Source: a virus. From it: a DNA stretch of 64,000 nt. Location of the stretch: IMG/VR virus record IMGVR_UViG_3300026488_000020, positions 1-64,000 of that record; one strand, 5' to 3'. Each line of letters starts with the position of its first letter. Within the stretch, counting starts at the first letter, position 1. This document shows, one piece after another, positions 50,312-60,625 of the stretch. The position numbers and the translations under genes are program-made. The notes beneath the pieces were generated by a model, which saw only the letters and a program-made list of their open reading frames with translations, made no database searches and was not told where the DNA came from.

Positions 50312-50707
50312 ATGACAATAATTAGAAATGAGTATGGTAATTCAATGTTTATTGCTATACGATTAAAAAAGGGTGATGTTACTGATAAAATGTTTAAATA
50401 CATTTTGAACTGTTCACAATCAGATATTGATGAACTCAAAGAAGGTCATCAATATGATGGATATATTGATTATCTTAATATGCAGGATGAAGTGGATAGT
50501 GATATTCGAGGTGATCATATTCTACAATTTATCTGGCCAGAAGATGATGATGACTCTTTATTTATAGGTGTTCCTATAAGTTTTGAATCTCTTGAACCAT
50601 TTAGTATCAACTTTATTGATGTTGATGTTCAAAAAATTGTTAACTTTAAAATGAGATTTAAACTAGATTTAGGTATCAAAAACTATATTACATGTCCAGG
50701 AGAATAA
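50312..50707 (+). CDS. Hypothetical protein
   Basis: Tiled ORF. Confidence 0.65.
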   Translation: MTIIRNEYGNSMFIAIRLKKGDVTDKMFKYILNCSQSDIDELKEGHQYDGYIDYLNMQDEVDSDIRGDHILQFIWPEDDDDSLFIGVPISFESLEPFSINFIDVDVQKIVNFKMRFKLDLGIKNYITCPGE

Positions 50708-50968
50708 ATGGAAAAAATGAATGTTGAGTGGAGAGAAACGGCAAGTGCAAGTGCGATTGCAAAAATTCTAGGAATTGATTTTAGCAAACATAAAGAGTTT
50801 AAAACTCTTTTAGAAGGTTCTGGTCTGGAAACCACAGATGAGGAATATGTTGTAAAAAATAGAACAGTACAATATAAAGCATATAATATTATTGATACAA
50901 TTTATTTTTGTAAAGATGCATTAGTTCGTGAAAATGAAAAAACAGTTACTATTGAGATCGAGGAGTAA
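50708..50968 (+). CDS. Hypothetical protein
   Basis: AGGAG RBS. Confidence 0.65.
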   Translation: MEKMNVEWRETASASAIAKILGIDFSKHKEFKTLLEGSGLETTDEEYVVKNRTVQYKAYNIIDTIYFCKDALVRENEKTVTIEIEE

Positions 50969-50970
50969 TT

Positions 50971-51690
50971 ATGTTAGAATATTTTAGAGTTCAAAAAGAT
51001 AAATTAAAAGATGCTAGACATATATTACCATTATGGAATTATTTAGAACCAACATTAGAAGTATCTTCTAATGTATCTGAAAATAATGATTATGAAATTG
51101 AAAAGGTATCTTCAAAAACGTTACAAATTGTTTTAAATTCACATATTACTGGAGAATTATATTTAAGAACTTTTGGAGATACTAAATACATTGTGTGTCA
51201 ATTTGGTGATGAAGAGATTTGGTTTGATGTTGATACATTAGAAACACGTGCACCAAGTTCTTGGAAATATGGTGAAGATTTTTATATTAGAAAGAAGAAG
51301 CCTAAAACATCGATTAGAAATTGTTTATCACATGAAGAAGCAGTTTTATTATACAACCAGGGTGTTGCATTATACAATGCTATATCAAAAGATTATGCAT
51401 TTAAATATGCAAACAAACATTATGTTTCAAAAGATATTGCTAGGAACAATCAACACACTTTTAAGAAACAGATTTGGAAGATTAGTAGATTAACTGTTCA
51501 AGATAACCTGATTGAGTTATTAGAGAAATCTAAGAAAGTTATATTAACACAATCTAATCATAATGTTGGAATTGTTGGTAAATTTACAAAACATGTAAAT
51601 GGTCAAAAATCTTTAAAAAATCAAATTAAGGGTGAGTTCAAATTAGTAAAACATTTTATACATAATGTTTTACACCATTTTAAAAAATAG
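50971..51690 (+). CDS. Hypothetical protein
   Basis: GAGGAG RBS. Confidence 0.7.
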   Translation: MLEYFRVQKDKLKDARHILPLWNYLEPTLEVSSNVSENNDYEIEKVSSKTLQIVLNSHITGELYLRTFGDTKYIVCQFGDEEIWFDVDTLETRAPSSWKYGEDFYIRKKKPKTSIRNCLSHEEAVLLYNQGVALYNAISKDYAFKYANKHYVSKDIARNNQHTFKKQIWKISRLTVQDNLIELLEKSKKVILTQSNHNVGIVGKFTKHVNGQKSLKNQIKGEFKLVKHFIHNVLHHFKK

Positions 51691-51698
51691 GAGCATTA

Positions 51699-53117
51699 AT
51701 GGCAAACTTAAAAGAATTGAATAGAGTATTCTCTGAGATTAATCTTGGAGATTTTTATGATACAGATTATTGTGATTATGCAATTTATAGAGCACTGCAA
51801 CGTATTCCAAGTTTAATTGATGGTTTTGCTCAGACGCAGCGTAAAGTTGTATACACAATGATTGATCAAAATATTGATAAAAAGACGAAAGTATCCGATT
51901 TAGCCGCAGTTGTATCATTAGCTACAAAGTATCATCATGGTTCTTTATCTATTGAAACAACAATTACAAATTTAGTTCCTCAATGGAATAATCAAGTGCC
52001 TCTTCTTAGAGAGGATGGTACATATGGTTCAAGATCAGAAAGAGAAGCTTCAGCTTCTAGATATATCGAATCGAGATTGTATAAATATTCAAAAGTTATT
52101 TTTAATAAGATAGATAATGAATTATTTGTGAAGAAACAGATTGTTGAAGGTAAGCAGATTGAGCCAGCGAATATGTTGCCAATTGTACCTTTACTCTTGA
52201 TTAATGGTCAAAGTCAAATTGGTGTTGGATATTCATCGGATGTTCTACCTCGAGATATAAAAGTTATTTTAAAATTGATGCGAGAAGTTTTAACAGGTAA
52301 GCGTAAAGAGATACCAACTGAGATACCACCAGCTGCTCCGTTATTTAAAGGCTCCATTATAAAAAATGATAAGAGTGGTTGGGATTTTTATGGAATCGTT
52401 GAAGAGTTGAAAAAAGGCGAAATTCATATAACTGAAGTTCCTCCTAGATATACTCGAGAATCATATATGAATGTTTTAGAAGTTTTAAAAGATGCTGGTA
52501 AAATAAAATCGTATAATGAAAATATTGTCGGAGATGAATTTGATATAGTTGTAAAATTTGGGTCATTGGCTACTTTAAACGATGCTATTAAACTTGATTC
52601 AAAAACTGACCAAAATGTTAGAAATTTAAAGATTATTCAATTTTTAAAACTAACTGGTACAAAGTCGGAAAACTTAACAGTTGTTAACACTAAAGATGAG
52701 ATAGTAAGATATAACAATGTTGCTGAAATATTGTTTGAATATATTATTTACATGCTTGGTGTTTACAAGAAGCGTAAAGCATATTTGCTTGAGAAGATGC
52801 GTAAAGATACTATCATGAATAATGAAAAGATTAGATTTATTCAAATGGTAAATAATGATATAATTCTTTTAAAAAATAGAAAGCGTAAAGTTATTGATGA
52901 TGATCTAGTTTTAAAAAACTTTGAGAAATTTGATAATTGTTATGATTATTTATTGAATATGCGTCTAGCGAGTTTAACTTCTGAAAAGATTGATGAATTA
53001 GAAAGTGTTATTAAAGAGGATGCTGCATCTATTATTAAATTAGAAGAAACAACTGCTGCAAAAATATGGTTAGAAGATTTAGATCAATTTGAGAAATTTC
53101 TCAAAAAAGGAGAGTAA
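51699..53117 (+). CDS. Type IIA topoisomerase medium (GyrA/ParC, T4 gp52-like) subunit
   Basis: RIPSLIDGF..TQRK, YHHG, GTYGSR, SASRYI (catalytic Tyr), PLLLING..IGVGYS, ITEVP. Confidence 0.93.
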   Translation: MANLKELNRVFSEINLGDFYDTDYCDYAIYRALQRIPSLIDGFAQTQRKVVYTMIDQNIDKKTKVSDLAAVVSLATKYHHGSLSIETTITNLVPQWNNQVPLLREDGTYGSRSEREASASRYIESRLYKYSKVIFNKIDNELFVKKQIVEGKQIEPANMLPIVPLLLINGQSQIGVGYSSDVLPRDIKVILKLMREVLTGKRKEIPTEIPPAAPLFKGSIIKNDKSGWDFYGIVEELKKGEIHITEVPPRYTRESYMNVLEVLKDAGKIKSYNENIVGDEFDIVVKFGSLATLNDAIKLDSKTDQNVRNLKIIQFLKLTGTKSENLTVVNTKDEIVRYNNVAEILFEYIIYMLGVYKKRKAYLLEKMRKDTIMNNEKIRFIQMVNNDIILLKNRKRKVIDDDLVLKNFEKFDNCYDYLLNMRLASLTSEKIDELESVIKEDAASIIKLEETTAAKIWLEDLDQFEKFLKKGE

Positions 53118-53483
53118 ATGAAAATAACTCTCCCATCAAAAGATACTGATCATTACGAAATCATGAATTATAAAATCAATTTTAACATTGATCTAAAATC
53201 AATTAAAGTTGATAACGATATTTTTGAGGATATGCAACGATACACGCTACCAATATTAGATAAACATTTATCTAAAGTTTTTAAATTATATGGTGATGTT
53301 ATGCGCAAAGATACAAAAAGACTTAGATTTAAATATGTTATTGAAAAACTTGATAATCCTGAAAAAGTTATTGATGATTTAAATGATAAATTAAAGCATA
53401 TTTTTAATGTTGCGAGTATAACATATTTAAAAAAAGGGACTGATTATATGATTATCATATGGATTGGTCAAAAGGAGAATTAA
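53118..53483 (+). CDS. Hypothetical protein
   Basis: AAGGAG RBS. Confidence 0.65.
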   Translation: MKITLPSKDTDHYEIMNYKINFNIDLKSIKVDNDIFEDMQRYTLPILDKHLSKVFKLYGDVMRKDTKRLRFKYVIEKLDNPEKVIDDLNDKLKHIFNVASITYLKKGTDYMIIIWIGQKEN

Positions 53484-54541
53484 TGGTAAGAATGATAAAA
53501 TATAATAAGATTGGTGATTTTAAAAAAGTTATTCGATCAATAAAAGATCAAGCAAAATATGATGGTATTGCAAGATTACCTACAATTGAGTTTGATGGTA
53601 CTGAAAAAATTCATGGTACAAACGCGGCAGTCTGTTATTCACATTCCGATGGCTTCTGGGTACAGAGTCGAGAAAGAGTTTTAACAATTGCTGAAGATAA
53701 TTTAGGATGTGCTTACGCAGCATATAAACATGAAAATGAATGGACAACGCTGCTTTTAGATTTAGCAAAGTCACATAATGTTGATCTAGATAATGAAATT
53801 CTCACTATTTATTATGAATGGGCTGGAGGATCTATTCAAAAGAAAAGTGCATTGACTGGTCTTGATAAAAGATCAATAATATTTGCACATGCGAAAGTAT
53901 CTCCTCTATTACCTGATCCAAAAATTGTTAAATCTGAACATCAACCTGCATATTGGGTTGATACTGTAGACGATGATGGAAATTATATAATGAATGCTGA
54001 AGCAGAAATTTATAATGTCTTAGCATATACAACTTGGAGAATTGAAATAAATTTTAATAATCCAGAAGCATCAGTAAATGATCTTAACAAAACACTTCAT
54101 GACAATGAATCAAATTCCCCTATTGGAAAATATATGGGAATCGAAAACAATGTTTTAGAAGGTATGGTATGGACAGGTAGAAATACTGATGGCACCCTTT
54201 TAAAATTTAAAGTTAAAGGTGAGAAACATACTGTTTCAAAAGTTCGCACATTAAAACCAGTTGATGATGTTAAAGAGCAGGCTAAAAATGATTTGATTAA
54301 ACTTGTATGTAATCCTTCAAGATTAGAACAAGGCTGGCAGCTCATATTTGGTGCAAACAATGAAAAGAAAAGACCAGAGAAAACAGACATTCCTGATTTT
54401 CTAAGATGGGTAATTAATGACATCATGGATGAACATGTTGATGATTATTTTGAAGCAAACATTGAGCCGAAAGAACTCAATGGAAAGATTAGCACTGTTG
54501 CAAGAATATGGTTTCTTGATCAGTACGCGGCATCAGAATAA
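53483..54541 (+). CDS. ATP-dependent RNA ligase (Rnl2-like)
   Basis: Motif I TEKIHGTN, QSR, YYEWAG, EGMVW, KFKVK. Confidence 0.8.
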   Translation: MVRMIKYNKIGDFKKVIRSIKDQAKYDGIARLPTIEFDGTEKIHGTNAAVCYSHSDGFWVQSRERVLTIAEDNLGCAYAAYKHENEWTTLLLDLAKSHNVDLDNEILTIYYEWAGGSIQKKSALTGLDKRSIIFAHAKVSPLLPDPKIVKSEHQPAYWVDTVDDDGNYIMNAEAEIYNVLAYTTWRIEINFNNPEASVNDLNKTLHDNESNSPIGKYMGIENNVLEGMVWTGRNTDGTLLKFKVKGEKHTVSKVRTLKPVDDVKEQAKNDLIKLVCNPSRLEQGWQLIFGANNEKKRPEKTDIPDFLRWVINDIMDEHVDDYFEANIEPKELNGKISTVARIWFLDQYAASE

Positions 54542-55056
54542 TGAAAATTGTTTTAGAAGGTGAAACCTTAGAGGAGCAACTTGAACATGCAAAAAGATTG
54601 ATTGAAAAATATCGAATGGATAAACTAACAGGTTTATATCGTAGAGATGATTTTGATGAAACTATAACTAGATTTATATCAGAATTTAATTCAAAACGCA
54701 AAGATTTTTTAGTTGCATTGGTGGATTTGAATGATTTACATAATCTAAACTACACTCATGGTTATGATTATGGTGATGATAAGTTAGTGCAACTTGCTGA
54801 CTCATTATTAGAGGTATTTGATAAATCTTTAATTTATAGAATTGGAGGCGATGAATTTGCAATATTGTGCAGACAAGAAACATATGAATCCATTTATTTA
54901 AAATTAGATTCACTTGGATGTAGAGACCATATTGAATTTGGAATTGTTGATACAATTGGAAAAGATTTATCACACACCAAAGGAAAACATTTTGTTAAAG
55001 AAGCTCATGCTATTTTAACTTCACATAAAAGAGAAAAGAAGATAGCTCGTAAATGA
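54541..55056 (+). CDS. Stand-alone GGDEF-domain protein (putative diguanylate cyclase)
   Basis: DKLTGLYRR, VDLNDLHNLNYTHGYDYGD, YRIGGDEF. Confidence 0.85.
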   Translation: MKIVLEGETLEEQLEHAKRLIEKYRMDKLTGLYRRDDFDETITRFISEFNSKRKDFLVALVDLNDLHNLNYTHGYDYGDDKLVQLADSLLEVFDKSLIYRIGGDEFAILCRQETYESIYLKLDSLGCRDHIEFGIVDTIGKDLSHTKGKHFVKEAHAILTSHKREKKIARK

Positions 55057-55097
55057 GCTATCTAAAAGTGTAAACACAATTCAATTAGGAGAATTTT

Positions 55098-56222
55098 ATG
55101 ACAGAAAACGATAATATAACAACATTGGCTGTTCCAGAATACATTACAGCCGAGCTTAATATTCAAGAAGTAAAAGAAGAATATAATAAGTTTATGGAAG
55201 CATCAAGAAGTGTTTCTGAAGAGATTGCTGATGTTATTAATGTAAAAGAGATTCAAGATATTGCAGATTTGATTAAACAATTCAATGACCGATTAGAAGG
55301 AACTGTTGAAGTTGAACAACAATCAACTACTGAAAAAGCAACAGGTAAAACGATTCAACGTTTATCAATGATACCATTTATTGGTAAATTTTTAGAAGAT
55401 GATGCTACAGAAGCGAAAGAGAAAGAAGAAAAATCTAAAACAGCTAGAAGTATTCTACAAGAAATGTTTGATGTGTTCACAGAGAAATCTGACATGTTAT
55501 CATTATCATTTGAGAGAGCATTTAAATTGAGAGAGATTCTTTTAGCAAAAGAAATTAAACTTAATATGTTTAGCACGCAAGTAAAATATATAGTTATGAA
55601 TACTGATAATCCTATGGATAAAATCAACGCTATTAAACTTGGTGGATTAGTTGAAGCAAATAAACTTAAAAATAAAGAAAAGATTTATAATAAACTTGAC
55701 TTTATTTTACAATTCATTGAAGAACAATTAACTACAATTTCGTTGATGATGCCTGGTATAGAAACAGGTTTAGTTGAAGATTCTGAAATTGCAGATTTCT
55801 TAACATCTGTTGCTGATATGAATAAAATATTTAAATCGTTAACTGATTTATCAAATTCTGTTGGGCGTGCAAGTTCAGAAAAAGTTATGACTTTAATCAC
55901 TGAAGTTAATGAATCTATGTCTGAGACAGTAGATATTGAACATATGGAAAAGCTTGCTGCGACCAATAAGAAATTTATGGATCGTATGATTAAAGGAACT
56001 GAATCAAAGATTCGTCGAGATGCAACATCATATGGAAAATTGATGGATATTGGTCAATCACTTGATCAAAATGTTATAGCATATCAATCATCTGCTAAAA
56101 AGGTTTTATTGGAATCTAAAACATATATGGGTGCTCTTGATTCCGCAGTTGAAGAATCTTTTGAGGCTTCAATAATTGAAGTTGAATCAGATCCTAAAGG
56201 CACAGTTATCACCGCTGAGTAG
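55098..56222 (+). CDS. Coiled-coil protein, possibly TelA/toxic-anion-resistance-like
   Basis: All-helical 374 aa; IPFIGKF amphipathic segment; resemblance only. Confidence 0.4.
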   Translation: MTENDNITTLAVPEYITAELNIQEVKEEYNKFMEASRSVSEEIADVINVKEIQDIADLIKQFNDRLEGTVEVEQQSTTEKATGKTIQRLSMIPFIGKFLEDDATEAKEKEEKSKTARSILQEMFDVFTEKSDMLSLSFERAFKLREILLAKEIKLNMFSTQVKYIVMNTDNPMDKINAIKLGGLVEANKLKNKEKIYNKLDFILQFIEEQLTTISLMMPGIETGLVEDSEIADFLTSVADMNKIFKSLTDLSNSVGRASSEKVMTLITEVNESMSETVDIEHMEKLAATNKKFMDRMIKGTESKIRRDATSYGKLMDIGQSLDQNVIAYQSSAKKVLLESKTYMGALDSAVEESFEASIIEVESDPKGTVITAE

Positions 56223-56225
56223 ACA

Positions 56226-56924
56226 ATGTCTTATAAGATAGATAATGTTCCGATGAATTATAATAAAAAAATAAAGGATATAAATATGGAAGCAGATTTA
56301 AATGTTGAATATGGTGAGTTCAACAAAAATGATAAAGATTTAATTAAAGTAAAAATGTTTACTGAACGAGAGATTAACGAAATGTCTCCTAATGATATTT
56401 TAGATATTATTAGTATTAGCACGTTAGATGATGATATTGTTTATTTAGATAATGTTGTATCAGTTAGTCCTGGCGAAGTTTTGCTGAAACATGGAGAACC
56501 GATCCCGGTTTCTTCATATGAGAAATATGAAGAACTTCGATTACGATTTGAAAGATATAAATTATTTAAAATTGTTAAAGATCCTACTGATCAAGTTGCA
56601 TCATTATTAAAACATAAGATCGAACTTACAGAACAGAATATTGTTGAGATGCAGGAAATGCGTGGTCAATTTGCAACTGAAATGGAGACTCTTCGTGAAG
56701 ATGTTCGAAATAGTATGAACAATGCGAGTGATAAAATGTTGCAAGAAATGAGAATATCAATTGAATCTTTAAAAGACTCAGCTAAGAAAACTAGTGATAC
56801 AGTCAATGATTTAGTCACAAATGTTAATTTTAAATTAGATAGAATTAAGGCGAATGAACTTAATGCTGTTTTAGATAAATTAAAAGTTGTTACAACAATG
56901 CTTGCGGATGTAGTGGAGGATTAA
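56226..56924 (+). CDS. Hypothetical coiled-coil protein
   Basis: Tiled ORF. Confidence 0.65.
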   Translation: MSYKIDNVPMNYNKKIKDINMEADLNVEYGEFNKNDKDLIKVKMFTEREINEMSPNDILDIISISTLDDDIVYLDNVVSVSPGEVLLKHGEPIPVSSYEKYEELRLRFERYKLFKIVKDPTDQVASLLKHKIELTEQNIVEMQEMRGQFATEMETLREDVRNSMNNASDKMLQEMRISIESLKDSAKKTSDTVNDLVTNVNFKLDRIKANELNAVLDKLKVVTTMLADVVED

Positions 56925-56925
56925 T

Positions 56926-57651
56926 ATGGGTTTTTTTAATCGTATGAATCATCGCATAAAAAGTATTTTTAAAGATTATTATATAGAGTTGGCTGATACC
57001 ATAAAAGAGCAACGACAAATTATTGAAGATGCTCATAATATTTTAGTTGCTGGTGATGATTTGATTGGTAAAGATATTAAATTTGCAACAATTGAGCAAG
57101 CAGAAGCAAATATTATTGCACTGTCAAAAACAATTGATAAATATCTTGATCAACAACCAGATGTAGTAATGACTGTTGATAATTTGCAAAAATTATTAGT
57201 TAATAATCGTTATCCAATGGAAGCATCTGGCCGAGTATATAGATCAAGTATAAGTTCTAAAAATGTTTATTTTGATATGTATAATAAAATATTAGATTTT
57301 GATTTTAGAAACGTTGATGTTATTGAACTTGAAATATTTCATAAATTTGGACAAAAATCAAAATTTACACCAAAGATGCAGAAACTATATGATATGAAAT
57401 TGAAGAAAAAAGTTGCTAAATTTACGGATGATTATGATCATGGATTAGCAATTTATTTTGAAGATTTAGTATATCCTAGACATTATACACAATTCTTTTA
57501 TTTTATGCATCGATACTTAGCAATAATGATTGATCATGTTGAGACAAATAAAAAACCTAAGATAATGTTGAGACCAACGGAAATTGACTTTTTAAAATTT
57601 TTAAAATTCGCAGAGAATCCTCAAGGGTTTTTTGTAGTATCAAAGGATTAA
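56926..57651 (+). CDS. Hypothetical protein
   Basis: GGAGG RBS. Confidence 0.7.
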   Translation: MGFFNRMNHRIKSIFKDYYIELADTIKEQRQIIEDAHNILVAGDDLIGKDIKFATIEQAEANIIALSKTIDKYLDQQPDVVMTVDNLQKLLVNNRYPMEASGRVYRSSISSKNVYFDMYNKILDFDFRNVDVIELEIFHKFGQKSKFTPKMQKLYDMKLKKKVAKFTDDYDHGLAIYFEDLVYPRHYTQFFYFMHRYLAIMIDHVETNKKPKIMLRPTEIDFLKFLKFAENPQGFFVVSKD

Positions 57652-57652
57652 T

Positions 57653-57931
57653 ATGAATATTCCACTATATTTACAATTGTATATCGGGTTCGTTATATTA
57701 GGATATGTTGTGAATTTTTATTATATGAATTCAATATTATTTTCAACATTTAAAACAGATGATCAAAAATTTAAAGTTTATGGTCCTACACTATTAGATT
57801 TATTATTTAAAAAAATGTATATACCATATCAATTTGCATTTTTAAAAACTGACTTTAAAAAAGAATTTTTAAAGAAGCAGAACTTTATAGATATGAGCTA
57901 TATTGAATATGTTATAACACAAGTTCGATAA
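57653..57931 (+). CDS. Hypothetical membrane protein
   Basis: N-terminal TM segment. Confidence 0.6.
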   Translation: MNIPLYLQLYIGFVILGYVVNFYYMNSILFSTFKTDDQKFKVYGPTLLDLLFKKMYIPYQFAFLKTDFKKEFLKKQNFIDMSYIEYVITQVR

Positions 57932-57950
57932 CACAAAATAAGGAAATAAT

Positions 57951-58223
57951 ATGGCAAAAATAACTACTCAAAGAAATGGATGGTTAATTCCCGGAACTGA
58001 TTGTGGAATGATGAATTCCGAAAACGCTATCAGAATTAAAATTGAAAGTATTGCTCAGTTTAGAAAGAAGGTTCATGCTGATTCAAATAGTTCATTCTTT
58101 TATAATGTAGAAATTAATGGTAAATTAATTTACAAATATATTACAAAAAAAGATATGGATGATGATTTTGAAAGAATTGAATATATTATCACGAATGATG
58201 TTGATGAAGGTCGGGTATTTTAA
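57951..58223 (+). CDS. Hypothetical protein
   Basis: AAGGA RBS. Confidence 0.65.
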   Translation: MAKITTQRNGWLIPGTDCGMMNSENAIRIKIESIAQFRKKVHADSNSSFFYNVEINGKLIYKYITKKDMDDDFERIEYIITNDVDEGRVF

Positions 58224-58555
58224 TGAAATTATCAGACAATGAAATATATGCTATTCAGTGGTTGATCGTTGGATTGATTATGAGTTTAACCGCTTTAATT
58301 GTTCATCCAGAATGGGCAATAACATTAGGTGGTTTTCTTTTAATGTTTGGGGCAGTGTATGTATATTTTGGTAAGATATTTTATTCGATTATGGTGTATA
58401 CTATTGCCGATGTATGTTGGTTAGTTAACGCTTATCAACATGGAGATGGATTTGGAGCGCTAACAGTAACTATTGGTATAATTGTAGGTACATCTGTTGT
58501 TTATAAGATGCAAGTTGGTAAATTTAGAAAAAGTATAAGGAAAGATAATGAATAA
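58223..58555 (+). CDS. Multi-pass small membrane protein
   Basis: Four TM segments. Confidence 0.65.
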   Translation: MKLSDNEIYAIQWLIVGLIMSLTALIVHPEWAITLGGFLLMFGAVYVYFGKIFYSIMVYTIADVCWLVNAYQHGDGFGALTVTIGIIVGTSVVYKMQVGKFRKSIRKDNE

Positions 58556-59570
58556 AAAAATAATAAAAAAATTAGAGAAATCTAAAATAACTTTACATAA
58601 GTATCAAATTAAAAAATTTATAAATTTCTTAGAAGAATTAGGATTTGATAGTGTTTTTATTTCTTATGATGAAGCATCTTATAATAAATATGTTTTTTGC
58701 ATAAATCAATATAAAAACACTTGTACATTATATTATTATGTTGAAGATGAATGTTGTACGCGAGAAGAAATCAGTTTTGGCGACTTAATCTTGATAAGTA
58801 ACGGTGAAGATTTTAAAGAAATTACAACAATTAGTAAAATGTGTAATTATAAAGAAGCATCCCAAAAAAAAGAAGCTATTGATAAAATGCTTCTAAAAAC
58901 ATTATCATCTGAAAATCGCAAATTTGCGCAAAGTATTAAAAATCTAATTATGGTTAATGAAGTAATTGAGAAATATAATACACAAATTACACAAATTTTT
59001 AATACTAATTATTATTCAAAATTATGTAAAGATATATTACGTGATTTGACAGGAGATGATTGTTATGGTCTGATTGAAATTCCAGTTGGTAATAGATACG
59101 AGGAACTCATGTTACATTTACATTTGGATAATGTTAATTTATATAGAGGTGCTGCAACATATGAAGGTTCCGGCATATTTGCTGATGTTGGATTACAACA
59201 TGTGTCACATATTATAAATATTCAAACATTTATTGACGAATTAGATTCCGCAGTTATACAATCATCTAAATTAAATAGTATGTTTGAAGTATCTTTTGAT
59301 GGAACGTTTAATTGGGCAAATGACAATAATGATGTTCAAAAATTTATTTCATTTAAAGAATTTGAATGTGCTATAGAAAGACAATTATATGAAATTAAAA
59401 ACTCTCAAGATATTATATTTAAAAATTTTTATAAAATTTTAGTTTTATTAAAAGCTGATATGACAGCTTGTGATATATTAGTTATTGATAAATATCAAGA
59501 TTGTGGAAATGAGCCTGATAGTGCATCAATACAAGACAGCATTGAGATAGATAAAAAGGAAATTAAATGA
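58548..59570 (+). CDS. Hypothetical protein
   Basis: 340-aa ORF. Confidence 0.7.
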   Translation: MNKKIIKKLEKSKITLHKYQIKKFINFLEELGFDSVFISYDEASYNKYVFCINQYKNTCTLYYYVEDECCTREEISFGDLILISNGEDFKEITTISKMCNYKEASQKKEAIDKMLLKTLSSENRKFAQSIKNLIMVNEVIEKYNTQITQIFNTNYYSKLCKDILRDLTGDDCYGLIEIPVGNRYEELMLHLHLDNVNLYRGAATYEGSGIFADVGLQHVSHIINIQTFIDELDSAVIQSSKLNSMFEVSFDGTFNWANDNNDVQKFISFKEFECAIERQLYEIKNSQDIIFKNFYKILVLLKADMTACDILVIDKYQDCGNEPDSASIQDSIEIDKKEIK

Positions 59571-60022
59571 ATGTTATAGAATTACCGAAAATGATAGCTG
59601 AGGATATTTGGAATTTAATTGATGAGCTTCAAAATACATCAGGCACAAATGATAAAAAAGAAATTCTTGCGGCAACTTTAGGACATCAAGAATTATATAA
59701 ATATTTACAATATGTCTATGATGAGGTCCATTATGTATATGGTAAATCAAAATTGCCATCAATTCCAAGAGTTGTTCCAACAGATGAAAAAGATTGGATA
59801 CATGATGAGAATTTATTAGAACTATATGCATTAGTTGAAAATATGAATGATGGTGTATTAAAAGGCAATTCATCTGATCAAGCAATGATTGATTATTGTG
59901 TGGGTAAGCCTTCTTATTATGAAGACCTGCTTTTCTATATCATAAAACGCAATATAAAAGCTGGTATCAACGCAAAAGGAATTAATGATGTATTTGGTCG
60001 AGTAATACCTATTGCGCCATAA
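59567..60022 (+). pseudogene. Truncated paralog of the DNA ligase N-terminal DNA-binding domain
   Basis: LQNTSGTNDKKEIL...YVYDEVHYVYGKSKLP...IKRNIKAG matches the N-terminus of the 60582 ligase; stops before the catalytic Lys motif. Confidence 0.7.
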
Positions 60023-60103
60023 ATAATATAATTATTTTCAGTTTGTCCAAAATGTGCTAGTGAACTGGTTGGAAAAAATAATACTAAACCACAGAGTGAA
60101 ATA

Positions 60104-60625
60104 GTGAATCGATTTATTAAATCTCACGGAGATAGATATGATTATTCAAAATTTGAATATGTTGATGCTCACACAAAAGCTAAAATTATTTGTAGAAAGC
60201 ATGGGATATTTGAACAAAAGGTTCACGATCATTCAAAAGGAATAGGTTGTCCAATATGTTCATCATCAAAAGGAGAATTGAAAATAATTAATTTTTTACA
60301 AAAGAATGGTATTGATTTTAAAACTCAATATAAATTTAAAGATTTGAAACAATTAAGGTTTGATTTTTATTTACATGATTTAAATATCTTGATAGAATAT
60401 GATGGTATTCAACATTTTAAGCCTATTGATTTTTTTGGTGGAGTAAATTCTTTTAAAATATTAAAAGATAATGATACATTAAAAAATAATTATTGTAAAA
60501 ATAATAATATTCGACTAATTCGAATAAATTATAAGCAATTTAAAAAGTTAGATAAAATTTTATCTAAAATAAAGGAAATATATGAAAACAGTAATGGAAA
60601 TGATATTGCGGCTACAATCAACTAG
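60104..60625 (+). CDS. Homing-type endonuclease (Zn-finger repeats plus Vsr/PD-(D/E)XK domain), probably 5-prime truncated
   Basis: HGDRYDYSK, CRKHG...GCPIC, SKGE, LRFDFYL, IEYDGIQHF, LIRI; the frame stays open upstream to 60032 with another CPKC. Confidence 0.75.
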   Translation: MNRFIKSHGDRYDYSKFEYVDAHTKAKIICRKHGIFEQKVHDHSKGIGCPICSSSKGELKIINFLQKNGIDFKTQYKFKDLKQLRFDFYLHDLNILIEYDGIQHFKPIDFFGGVNSFKILKDNDTLKNNYCKNNNIRLIRINYKQFKKLDKILSKIKEIYENSNGNDIAATIN

